NCBI GenBank assembly: GCA_977017645.1 | Contig: OZ360225.1 | Location: 4,278,001-4,342,000 of the forward strand | DNA: 64,000 nt | Direction: 5' to 3' | Source of the DNA: Torpedo marmorata | Taxonomy: Eukaryota | Part shown: in pieces, positions 38,601 to 50,500 of the stretch | How the letters are laid out: each line of letters opens with the position of its first letter | Numbering within the stretch: the first letter of the stretch is position 1 | Program-made: the position numbers and the translations under genes | Notes under the pieces: model-generated | What the model was told of the DNA's origin: nothing | Seen by the model: the letters and a program-made list of their open reading frames with translations, nothing else | Databases searched by the model: none

Positions 38601-41600
38601 TGATGGGGAGGTGTGATCACAGGGGATTGATGGGGAGGTGGGGTCACGGGGGAGTGATGGGGAGGTGGGGTCACGGGGAGTGATGGGGAGGTGGGGTCAC
38701 AGGGGAGTGATGGGGAGGTGGGGACACGGGGAGTGATGGGGAGGTGGGGTCACAGGGGAGTGATGGGGAGTGGGGTCACAGGGGGGAGTGATGGGGAGGT
38801 GGGGTCACAGGGGGGAGTGATGGGGAGGTGGGGTCACAGGGGGGAGTGAAGGGGAGGTGGGGTCACAGGGGGGAGTGATGGGGAGGTGGGGTCACGGGGG
38901 AGTGATGGGGAGGTGGGGTCACAGGGGAGTGATGGGGAGGTGGGGTCACGGGGGGAGTGATGGGGAGGTGGGGTCACAGGGGAGGTGGGGTTACAGGGGG
39001 GAGTGATGGGGAGGTGTGGTCACAGGGGATTGATGGGGAGGTGGGGTCACGGGGGAGTGATGGGGAGGTGGGGTCACGGGGGAGTGATGGGGAGGTGGGG
39101 TCACAGGGGAGTGATGGGGAGTGGGGTCACGGGGGAGTGATGGGGAGGTGGGGTCACGGGGGAGTGATGGGGAGGTGGGGTCACGGGGGAGTGATGGGGA
39201 GGTGGGGACACAGGGGAGTGATGGGGAGGTGGGGTCACGGGGGAGTGATGGGGAGGTGGGGTCACAGGGGGGAGTGATGGGGAGGTGGGGTCACAGGGGG
39301 GAGTGATGGGGAGGTGGGGTCACGGGGGGAGTGATGGGGAGGTGGGGTCACAGGGCGGATTGATGGGGAGGTGGGGTCACAGGGGAGTGATGGGGAGGTG
39401 GGGTCACAGGGGGGAGTGATGGGGTGGTGGGGTCACAGGGGAATGATGGGGAGGTGGGGTCACAGGGGATTGATGGGGAGGTGGGGTCACAGGGGAGTGA
39501 TGGGGAGGTGGGGTCACAGGGGAGTGATGGGGAGGTGGGGTCACAGGGGAGTGATGGGGTGGTGGGGTCACAGGGGAGTGATGGGGAGGTGGGGTCACAG
39601 GGGAGTGATGGGGAGGTGGGGTCACGGGGAGTGATGGGGAGGTGGGGTCACGGGGAGTGATGGGGAGGTGGGGTCACAGGGGATTGATGGGGAGGTGGGG
39701 TCACGGGGAGTGATGGGGAGGTGGGGTCACAGGGGAGTGATGGGGAGGTGGGGTCACAGGGGATTGATGGGGAGGTGGGGTCACAGGGGGGAGTGATGGG
39801 GAGGTGGGGTCACGGGGAGTGATGGGGAGGTGGGGTCACAGGGGAGTGATGGGGAGGTGGGGTCACGGGGAGTGATGGGGAGGTGGGGTCACAGGGGATT
39901 GATGGGGAGGTGGGGTCACGGGGAGTGATGGGGAGGTGGGGTCACAGGGGAGTGATGGGGAGGTGGGGTCACGGGGAGTGATGGGGAGGTGGGGTCACAG
40001 GGGATTGATGGGGAGGTGGGGTCACGGGGAGTGATGGGGAGGTGGGGTCACGGGGAGTGATGGGGAGGTGGGGTCACGGGGAGTGATGGGGAGGTGGGGT
40101 CACGGGGGGGAGTGATGGGGAGGTGGGGTCACAGGGGGGAGTGATGGGGAGGTGGGGTCACAGGGGAGGTGGGGTCACAGGGGGGAGTGATGGGGAGGTG
40201 GGGTCACAGGGGAGGTGGGGTCACAGGGGGGAGTGATGGGGAGGTGGGGTCACAGGGGAGTGATGGGGAGGTGGGGTCACGGGGGGAGTGATGGGGAGGT
40301 GGGGTCACAGGGGAGTGATGGGGAGGTGGGGTCACGGGGGGAGTTATGGGGAGGTGGGGTCACAGGGGAGGTGGGGTCACAGGGGGGAGTGATGGGGAGG
40401 TGGGGTCACGGGGGAGTGATGGGGAGGTGGGGTCACAGGGGGGAGTGATGGGGAGGTGGGGTCACGGGGGAGTGATGGGGAGGTGGGGTCACAGGGGAGT
40501 GATGGGGAGGTGGGGTCACGGGGGGAGTGATGGGGAGGTGGGGTCACAGGGGGGAGTGATGGGGAGGTGTGGTCACGGGGGATTGATGGGGAGGTGGGGT
40601 CATGGGGGAGTGATGGGGAGGTGGGGTCACGGGGGAGTGATGGGGAGGTGGGGTCACGGGGGAGTGATGGGGAGTGGGGTCACGGGGGAGTGATGGGGAG
40701 GTGGGGTCACGGGGGAGTGATGGGGAGGTGGGGTCACGGGGGAGTGATGGGGAGGTGGGGTCACGGGGGAGTGATTGGGAGGTGGGGTCACGGGGGAGTG
40801 ATGGGGAGGTGGGGTCACGGGGGAGTGATGGGGAGGTGGGGTCACGGGGGAGTGATGGGGAGGTGGGGTCACGGGGGAGTGATGGGGAGGTGGGGTCACA
40901 GGGGGGAGTGATGGGGAGGTGGGGTCACAGGGGAGTGATGGGGAGGTGGGGTCACAGGGGGAGTGATGGGGAGGTGGGGTCACAGGGGGAGTGATGGGAA
41001 GGTGGGGTCACAGGGGAGTGATGGGGAGGTGGGGTCACAGGGGGAGTGATGGGGAGGTGGGGTCACAGGGGAGTGATGGGGAGGTGGGGTCACAGGGGGG
41101 AGTGATGGGGAGGTGGGGTCACAGGGGAGTGATGGGGAGGTGGGGTCACAGTGGGGAGTGATGGGGAGGTGGGGTCACGGGGGGGAGTGATGGGGAGGTG
41201 GGGTCACAGGGGGGAGTGATGGGGAGGTGGGGTCACAGGGGAGTGATGGGGAGGTGGGGTCACAGGGGGGAGTGATGGGGAGGTGGGGTCACGGGGGAGT
41301 GATGGGGAGGTGGGGTCACAGGGGGGATTGATGGGGAGGTGGGGTCACAGGGGAGTGATGGGGAGGTGGGGTCACAGGGGAGTGATGGGGAGGTGGGGTC
41401 ACAGGGGGGAGTGATGGGGAGGTGGGGTCACAGGGGGGAGTGATGGGGAGGTGGGGTCACAGGGGAGTGATGGGGAGGTGGGGTCACAGGGGGGAGTGAT
41501 GGGGAGGTGGGGTCACAGGGGGGAGTGATGGGGAGGTGGGGTCACAGGGGGGAGTGATGGGGAGGTGGGGTCACAGGGGGGAGTGATGGGGAGGTGGGGT

Positions 41601-42358
41601 CACAGGGGAGTGATGGGGAGGTGGGGTCACAGGGGAGTGATGGGGAGGTGGGGTCACAGGGGAGTGATGGGGAGGTGGGGTCACAGGGGGGAGGTGGGGT
41701 CACAGGGGGGAGTGATGGGGAGGTGGGGTCACAGGGGAGTGATGGGGAGGTGGGGTCACAGGGGAGGTGGGGTCACGGGGGGGTGATGGGGAGGTGGGGT
41801 CACAGGGGAGGTGGGGAGGTGGGGTCACAGGGGAGGTGGGGTCACAGGGGAGGTGGGGTCACAGGGGAGTGATGGGGAGGTGGGGTCACAGGGGAGTGAT
41901 GGGGAGGTGGGGTCACAGGGGAGGTGGGGTCACGGGGGGGAGTGATGGGGAGGTGGGGTCACAGGGGAGGTGGGGTCACGGGGGGGAGTGATGGGGAGGT
42001 GGGGTCACAGGGGAGGTGGGGTCACAGGGGGGAGTGATGGGGAGGTGGGGTCACAGGGGAGTGATGGGGAGGTGGGGTCACAGGGGGGAGTGATGGGGAG
42101 GTGGGGTCACAGGGGAGTGATGGGGAGGTGGGGTCACAGGGGAGGTGGGGTCACGGGGGGAGTGATGGGGAGGTGGGGTCACAGGGGAGGTGGGGTCACA
42201 GGGGGGAGTGATGGGGAGGTGGGGTCACAGGGGAGTGATGGGGAGGTGGGGTCACAGGGGGAGTGATGGGGAGGTGGGGTCACAGGGGAGTGATGGGGAG
42301 GTGGGGTCACAGGGGAGGTGGGGTCACAGGGGGGAGTGATGGGGACGTCGGGTCACAG
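29669..42358. repeat. ~12.7-kb G-rich minisatellite (GATGGGGAGGTGGGGTCACAG4-6AGT, 26-29 bp, with 18-bp short units)
   Basis: Directly visible, several hundred units. Source of the spurious GSDGEVGSQG / VMGRWGHRG ORFs. Confidence 0.97.
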
Positions 42359-43394
42359 GCTTTTTTGATTGAGAAATTAGGGGATGATTTGATTGCACCA
42401 AGACAAAATGAGTTAGAATTATTAATAACTAAAGCAAATGTCAATAAGTTTATTTCTCAAATGTATAAATTATTTCAGAGAAAAATGCCTAAAGTAGGAT
42501 TACATAAATCAAGATTAAAATGGGAAATAGATTTAAATGTTAATATAGCTGAAAATCATTGGAAAGATTTATGTAAATTAAGTATGACTAAAGTTATTAA
42601 TGTTAGATATAGATTAGTACAATATAATTTTTTCCATCAATTATATTTAACACCAAAAAAATTAAAGAAATTTAATCCGACATTATCAAATTTGTGTTTT
42701 AGATGTAAGAGTGAAGTAGTTTCTTTTGTTTACTCTGCATGGTTATGTCCAAAAATTCAAGATTTTTGGTTGTAAGTTAAGAATTTTTTTGATAGAGTTT
42801 CAATGTTATGTTTCCAATGGATCCTATGTTATTTTTATTCGGAGATATTAGAAAATTTAGCATTAGGAATAGATTGAATATGTATCAGGTAGAATTTTTA
42901 CGAATTGCTTTAGCTGTTTCAAAAAAATGCATTGCTATTACTTGGAAATCAGATTTAGATTTAAGTTTAGATAGGTGGCATGCAGAACTCCGTTCGTGTA
43001 TTCCACTGGAAAAGATTACTTATAATTTACGTAATAAGTATAATTCTTTTTTGAAAATTTGGAGCCCATATATGAGAGTTATGGGTTTAATGATTTGAAA
43101 ATCTCTAGATATCAGGTCTACTGGCGAGTTTAACCTCCATGATAGAATTAGCTTGTAGATGGTTCTCCCTTCACTATTAATCTATCTTTTTCTTCTTTCT
43201 TTTTCACTATACTTTATTTTTATTTTTTTTAATTATTTTTTAGAATAGTGGGGATGGGGGGGTTTGGGAAGGGAGGGTGGGTATGGGGGGAGGAAATATA
43301 TATCACATGTATTTTGAAAGCTATACATTTTAATCTATGTATTTTGTGATTTAAAATTTTAAATAAAATAATTTTTTTTAAAATTTAAAAAAAT
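42359..43394 (+). mobile_element. L1-clade 3' fragment abutting the minisatellite
   Basis: ORF2 C-terminus (RYRLVQYNFFHQLY, CFRC, IPLEKITY), G-tract 3' UTR and A-rich tail. Near-identical peptide to the 48960-49475 copy. Confidence 0.9.
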
Positions 43395-46300
43395 TTACCT
43401 ACCACCGACCGATGTCAGACTCACTGGCCTATAATTTCCAGGTTTACCTTTGGAGCCCTTCTTAAACAGCGGGACAACATGAGCTACTCTCCAATCCTCC
43501 AGCACCTCCCCCATGGCCAGTGACATTTTAAATATTTCTGTCAGAGCCCCCACTATTTGTACACTAACCTCCCTCAGAGTCCTCGGGAATATCCTGCCAG
43601 GACCTGGAGATTTATCCACCTTTATACTCTTTAAAATAGCTAATACTACCTCCTCATTAATCTTTATATTATCCATGACCTCACTGCCAGATTTCCTTAC
43701 CTCCCCTGGCTCAATATTCCTTTCCTTTGTAAATACTGAAGAAAAAAATTCATTTAAAATCTCCTCTGACTTCTCACATAGCCTACCCGTCTGATCCTCA
43801 AAGGGCCCAATTTTATCCCTCACTATTCTTTTGCTTTTAATGTACCTATAGAATCCCTTTGGATTTATTTTTACCTTGCCTGCCAAAGCAGCCTCATATC
43901 TCCTTTTAGCCTTTCTAATTTCTTTCTTAAGATTTTTTTTACACTCCTTATATTCCTCAAGGACCTCAACTATTCCCTGCCATCCATACCTGTTGTACAC
44001 ATCCCTCTTCCTCTGAACCAAATTCCCAATATCCTTTGAAAACCAAGGCTCCCTATATTTTCTAACTCTTCCTTTAATCCTCACTGGGACGAACCAACTT
44101 TGTCCTCTCAAAATTTCCCCTTTGAATATCCTCCATTTTTCTGTTACATCCTTCCCTAAAAATAAATTATCCCAATCCACACCCTCTAAATCCTTCCTCA
44201 TCTCCTTGAAATTTGCCTTATTCCAATCAAGAATCACAACCTTAGGCCCAGCCCTATCCTTCTCCATTATCAACCTAAAACTAATGGTATTATGATCACT
44301 AGACCCAAAGTGTTCCCCAACACAAACCTCTGGCACCTGACCTATCTCGTTCCCAAATAGGAGATCCAATACTGCCCCCTCTCTCGTCGGTTCTTCTATG
44401 TATTGGTTTAGAAAACTTTCCTGAACACATTTGACAAACTCCAACCCATCCTGCCCTATTACAGTATGGGTGTCCCAGTCAATATGAGGAAAGTTAAAAT
44501 CACCTATAATTACCACCTTATGTTTATTACACATATATTCTATCTCCTTACAAATTTCCTCCTCTAATTCCCTCTGCCCATTCGGTGGTCTATAATACAC
44601 TCCCATTAGTGTTTTCATGCCTTTCCCATTCCTCAATTCCACCCAAAGAGCCTCACTGGACGAGCCCTCCAATCTATCCTGCCATAGCACCGCTGTAATG
44701 GTTTCTCTAACAAGCACTGCGACCCCTCCACCTTTTATCCGCCCTGTTCTATCACACCTAAAACAACGGAATCCAGGAATATTTAGCTGCCAATCATGCC
44801 GCTCCTGCAACCAAGTTTCACTGATGGCTACAATATCATATTTCCATGTATCAATCCATACTCTAAGCTCATCCACCTACAATGCTCCTTGCATTGAAAT
44901 ATATACACTTGAGAGAATGTCCCCCACATACACTCTTTTGATTACCCTTTCCTTCATTAACTTTAACATTCTGGTTCCTCTCTTCCTTCAAATCTAGGTG
45001 TTCTTCTACCCTACTCTCCGCATTCTCATTCTGATTCCCACCCCCCTGCCAAACTAGTTTAAACCCTCCCCAACAGCTCTAGCAAACCTACCTGCCAGGA
45101 TATTGGTCCCCCTCCAGTTCAAGTGCAGCCCGTCCCTTTTGTACACGTCAGACCTTCCCCAGAAGAGATCCCAATGATCCACAAATGTGAACCCCTGCCC
45201 CCAGCACCAACTCTTTAGCCAAGCATTCATCCTGCACATCTTCCTATTCCTACCCTCTCTAGCGCGTGGCACAGACAGCAATCCTGAGATTACCACCCTC
45301 GAGGTCCTGCTTTTTAACTTCCTTCCTAACTCCTTATATTCCTTCTTCAGGATCTCATCCCCATTTCTTTCTATGTTATTGGTCCCCACGTGGACCACGA
45401 CACCTGGCTGGTCGCCCTCCCCCTCCAGAATGCTGTGTACTCGATCAGAGACATCCTTGACCCTGGCACCTGGAAGGCAACATACCAACCGGGAGCTCCG
45501 ATCTCGTCCAGCAAACCTCCTATCTGTTCCTCTAACCAGCGAGTCCCCAATTACAAAAGCTCTCCTCTTTTCCCCCCTTCCCTTCTTAGCCGAGGGGCCA
45601 TCCCCCGTGCCAGAGACCTGACCCCCGCGACTTGTCCCTGCTAGGTCCCCCCCCAACAGTATCCAAAACAGTATACTTATTATTGAGGGGAACGGCCACA
45701 GGGGATCCCTGCATTGTCTGTCTCCCCCCCTTCCCTTTCCTCACAGTCACCCAGTTAGCTGACTCCTGTCTATTTGGGGTGACTCTCTCCCTATCTATGA
45801 CTACCTCTGCCTCCCTCATGATCAGAAGTTCATCCAGCTGCAACTCCAGTTCCCTAACATGGTCTTGCAGGTGTGGTCATCAGGAACATTTGTGATGTCC
45901 CTGACCTCCCACATCCTGCATTCAGAACACATGACTAACCCAACTGCCTCCATAACCTCCTCTTAACTACAACTAGAATAAATAGGAATAAACTTAACCT
46001 TACTGGTAGTACTTCCTCAGCCTCTTCTCTCCGAAGCCTCTTGAGCCAAAGCCTCAGAGCTCCACTCCTTCCCTGTGCCACTCCTCATTGGCCGCTCCCT
46101 CAACTTCCCTTCCTGTTATAGGTCACTGCTAATTACCGGTAACTCAAATACCCAATTTCTTACTACTACTAATCACCACTTAACCTAGCCCTAGGCCCAT
46201 AAAAGTGCACCTTTTAACTAAATTTACGTCCAAAAACTTACTCACCAAGAACCAGTCACCAGTCGCTCCTCCCACTCCAACACTCCAATGCAACTGAATA

Positions 46301-46696
46301 GACCGAGGCCCGAAAAAGCGCCCTTTTTAAACAAATTTACAACTCCAAAAACTTACTCACCAAGCACCAGTCACCAGTCGCTCCTCCCACTCCAACACTC
46401 CAACGCAACTGAATAGACCGAGGCCCGAAAAAGCGTCCTTTTTAAACAAATTTACAAGTCCAAAAACTTACCAAGCACCAGTCACTCCTCCCACTCCAAC
46501 ACAACTGAATAGACCGAGGCCCGAAAAAGTGCCCTTTTTAAACAAATTTACAAGTCCAAAAACTTACTCACCAAGCACCAGTCACCAGTCGCTCCTCCCA
46601 CTCCAACACTCCAACGCAACTGAATAGACCGAGGCCCGAAAAAGCGCCCTTTTTAAACAAATTTACAAGTCCAAAAACTTACTCACCAAGCACCAG
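43395..46696 (-). mobile_element. CR1-clade LINE with intact 5' half: leader repeats, ORF1 (Cys motif + SGNH esterase, ~45953-45054, frameshifted) and ORF2 APE endonuclease up to the start of RT; 3' half missing
   Basis: ORF1: MEAVGLVMCSECRMW, GDSLVRG, HVGTNN, DGLHLN. ORF2: DIVAISETWL, GVYYRPP, GDFN, SDHN, KSPGP, GNYRPVSLTS, then an abrupt end. Confidence 0.92.
46195..46696 (-). repeat. Tandem ~115-bp monomers (about 4.3 copies, one shortened to 96 bp) at the CR1 5' end
   Basis: CAAAAACTTAC anchor at 46231, 46346, 46461, 46557 and 46672. Confidence 0.9.
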
Positions 46697-47536
46697 ATGG
46701 CAAAGGAGACTTAAAGGCCACTCAACAGAGAATGAAGGTTTTGTATGATTGAAAGGCCAAGATGAGAACTTTTAAACCTGGTGAGAACGTATTAGTTCTG
46801 TTTCCCACTCATTCAAATCCTCTTGGGGCTAGATTTTCAGCACCCTATAGAGTTAAGTCAAAAATTAATGAGGTCACCTATGTCATAGAAACACCTAATC
46901 ACAGACGAGATAGACAGGTCTGTCATGTGAATATGATTAAGCCATATTTTCAACAGGTGCAGCACAAAGAGACTGAACGTTTACCAGAGGTGCTGGTTAT
47001 CAACCAGGGTAAGGAGGAGACAGATAAAACCAGTTTCAGAGAGGGTAAGGGACTGTTAATTATTTTGGTTATGTAGTTGGACAGGGGCAGTTGGCGCCAG
47101 TAGAGGCCAAGGTTGTGACTATTTCCGAGTTCCCTGTTCCAACTGGTAAGAAAACACTGAGGAGGTTCCTGGGAATGATTGGCTACTACCGCAAGTTCTG
47201 TAAAAACTTTGCTGATCTTGCGCTCCCTCTCACAAATTTGCTTAGAAAGGGAGAAAAATTTGTATGGTCGACAGGTTGTCAGGAAGCATTTGTCAAATTG
47301 AAAGCCATGTTATGCCACCAACCTGTGCTTAAGTCACCTGATTTAGAATAGCCATTTTCTTTAGCCGTGGATGCCAGTGATGAAGCTGTGGGTGGGGTGC
47401 TGTTACAGAGGAAGAACAAAGAGGACATTGACCATCCGGTATCCTACTTCTCGAAGAAGTTCAATGATCATCAAAGGAATTATTCAACCATAGAAAAAGA
47501 GTTGTTAGCTCTTGTGTTTGCTCTACAACACTTTGA

Positions 47537-50500
47537 ATGGCTAATTATTTACCAGATTTAATCCATGTAGATCAAGCTGGTTTTATTAAAAATAGATATT
47601 CAAAAGATAATATAGCTAGATTAATTAGTTTAATTAACGTGCATAAAAAGAAGGAAGATTTAACATTAGTATTAACGCTAGACGCCGAAAAGGCTTTTGA
47701 TAGATTAGAGTGGAATTTTTTATTTAAGGTATTGGAGAAATTTGGCTTTGGAATTACATTTATTAATTGGATTAAAACTATATATAAAGAACCATCTGTT
47801 AAGTAGTTACAAATTGACAAATTTCTTCAAGATTTCCTTTGACTCGATCTACGAGACAAGGATGCCCTTTGTCATCAGCGTTATTTATTTTGGCGATAGA
47901 ACCTTTGGCAAAATTAGTTAGAAAAGATCCTAAAATAGTTGGTATTAAAGTTGGAATGGAAGAACATAAAATTAGTTTATTTGCAGATGATGTATTGATA
48001 TATATGACAAAATCTACTACATCTTTCGTACAATTGTCTGCGTTATTGAGAGAATATAGGGAAATATCTGGATATAAAATTAATTCTGATAAAAGTGAAA
48101 TTATGGCATTATCACAAGGGGATTATAGTAAATGTAAAGAAATTACACAATTTAAATGGGCAAAGGAAGGAATTAAATATTTGAGAATAAGGATTGACAC
48201 AAAATTGGCTAATTTATATAAATTAAATTATTTACCATTATTTGTGAAAATAAAAAGGATTTAGAAAATTGGAAAGATTTACGTATAACTTTAATGGGAA
48301 GAGTAAATTGTATTAAAATGAATGTTTTTCCAAGAATTCAATATCTTTTTCAATCAATTCCTTATGAAATTCCTCAAAAAATTTTCAAAGATTTAAATTC
48401 AATTATTAGAAAATTTTTATGGAAAGGAAAGTTAGCAAGAGTAGGTATGGAAAAATTAACTTGGAATTATGAAATGGGTGGTTTACAACTTCCTAATTTC
48501 CAAAATTATTATGAAGCAGCTCAATTAAAATTTGTTAATGAACTTTTTGATTCAACTAAATCTTCTGCTTGGATTAAAATAGAACTAAATAATATAGGAG
48601 AAGATTCCAAAGAAGAAGTTATTTATAAATGGGATTCTAAATTAATATCAACAAGAAAGAAAAATTCTCCTATTCTTTTTTTTTATATTTTTATTTAAAT
48701 TTTTAAATCACACAGTACATAATCAAAATACGTAGTTTCCAAAATACAAGTGATATAAATGTCCTCCCCCCACACCCTCCCACCCATCCCTAACACCCCC
48801 AACCCCACTATTCTAAAAAAAGAATAATAATAAAATAAAATAAAAAATACATAGTATAAAAAGAAAAAGGAAAATAGATTAATAGTGAGGAGAGAACCAT
48901 CTAAAAACTAATTTTATCCTGGAGGTTAAACTCGCCAATAGACCTGATTTCTAGAGATTTCAAATCCTTAAACCCATAACTCTCATATATTGGCTCCAAA
49001 TTTTTAAAAAAGAATGATATTTATTGCGTAAATTGTAAGTAATCTTCTCCAAAGGAATACACGAACGAAGTTCTGCATGCCACCTATCTAAACTTAAATC
49101 TAAATCTGATTTCCAAGTAATAGCAATACATTTTTTTGAGACAGCTAAAGCAATTCGCAAAAATTCTACCTGATACATATTCAATCTATTCCTAATACTA
49201 AATTTTCTAATATCTCCAAATAGAAATAACATAGGGTCCATTGGAAACATAACGTTAAAAACTCTATCTAAAAAATCCTTAACTTTCAACCAAAAATCTT
49301 GAATTTTTGGACATAACCATGTAGAATGAACAAAAGAACCTACTTCATTCTTACATCTAAAACACAAATCCGACAATGTCGGATTAAATTTCTTTAATTT
49401 TTTTGGTGTTAAATATAGTTGATGAAAAAAATTATATTGTACTAATCTATATCTAACATTAATAACTTTAGTCATACTTAATTTACATTAATCTTTCCAA
49501 TGATTTTCAGCTATATTAACATTTAAATCTAATTCCCATTTTAATCTTGATTTATGTAATCCTACTTTAGGCATTTTTCTCTGAAATAATTTATACATTT
49601 GAGAAATAAACTTATTAACATTTGCTTTAGTTATTAATAATTCTAACTCATTATGTCTTGGAGCAATCAAATCTTCTCCTAATTTCTCAATCAAAAAATC
49701 TTTAACTTGATAATAAGCTAACCATGTATTATCTAATACATTAAATTTTTCCTTCAATCTTTGAAACGTAACAAATCTTCCAGCCTCAAAACAATCTTTA
49801 AAATTCTTAATTCCTTTTTGAAACCATGCTTTCAATAACTGATTATTCATAGTAAATAATAAAAGTGGATTTTGATATAATGGCATATTTAAAGAAATTA
49901 ATCCTTTCCCACCTATTTCTTTATCTACCTGTGTCCATATTTCCAACAAATGTTTAATAATCGGTGAATTTTTCTTTTTTACTAATAATAATTTAGAATT
50001 CCACTTATAAATAATATCCTCTTTATAATTTTCTCTTATGTTATTTAATTCTATATTAACCCAGGCAGAAGTTTTAGTTAAATCAAAAAATTCATTAACA
50101 AATTTTAATTGAGCTGCTTTATAATAATATTGAAAATTAGGAAGTTGCAATCCTCCCATCTCATAATTCCATGTTAACTTATCCATACTCACTCTTGCTA
50201 ACTTCTCTTTCCATAAAAATTTCCTAATAATAAACTTTTTAAAAAAATTTTGGAATTCCAAAAGGAATTGATTGAAAAAGATATTGAATTCTTGGAAAAA
50301 TATTCATCTTAATACAATTTACTCTCCCCATTAAAGTTATAGGCAAATCTTTCCAATTTTCCAAATCTTTCTTTATTTTCGTAAATAAAGGTACATAATT
50401 TAATTTATATAAATTTTCTAATTTTGTATCCACTTTAACTCCCAAATATTTAATTCCTTCTTTTGCCCACTTAAATTCCGTAACTTCTCTACACCTAGTA

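Noticed and set aside
29669-42358. Gly-rich ORFs, or a CRISPR or telomeric array
   Set aside because: Simple minisatellite with no unique spacers, no cas genes and no TTAGGG repeats, in a eukaryotic context.
29669-42358. True immunoglobulin switch region
   Set aside because: GGGGT is abundant but AGCT hotspots are essentially absent, and no Ig segments are in the window.
45054-45656. Host SGNH/GDSL esterase gene
   Set aside because: It is the esterase domain of CR1 ORF1, directly upstream of the APE endonuclease ORF2.
46195-46696. CRISPR-like repeat array
   Set aside because: Whole 115-bp units are repeated with no variable spacers, and they are attached to the CR1 5' end.
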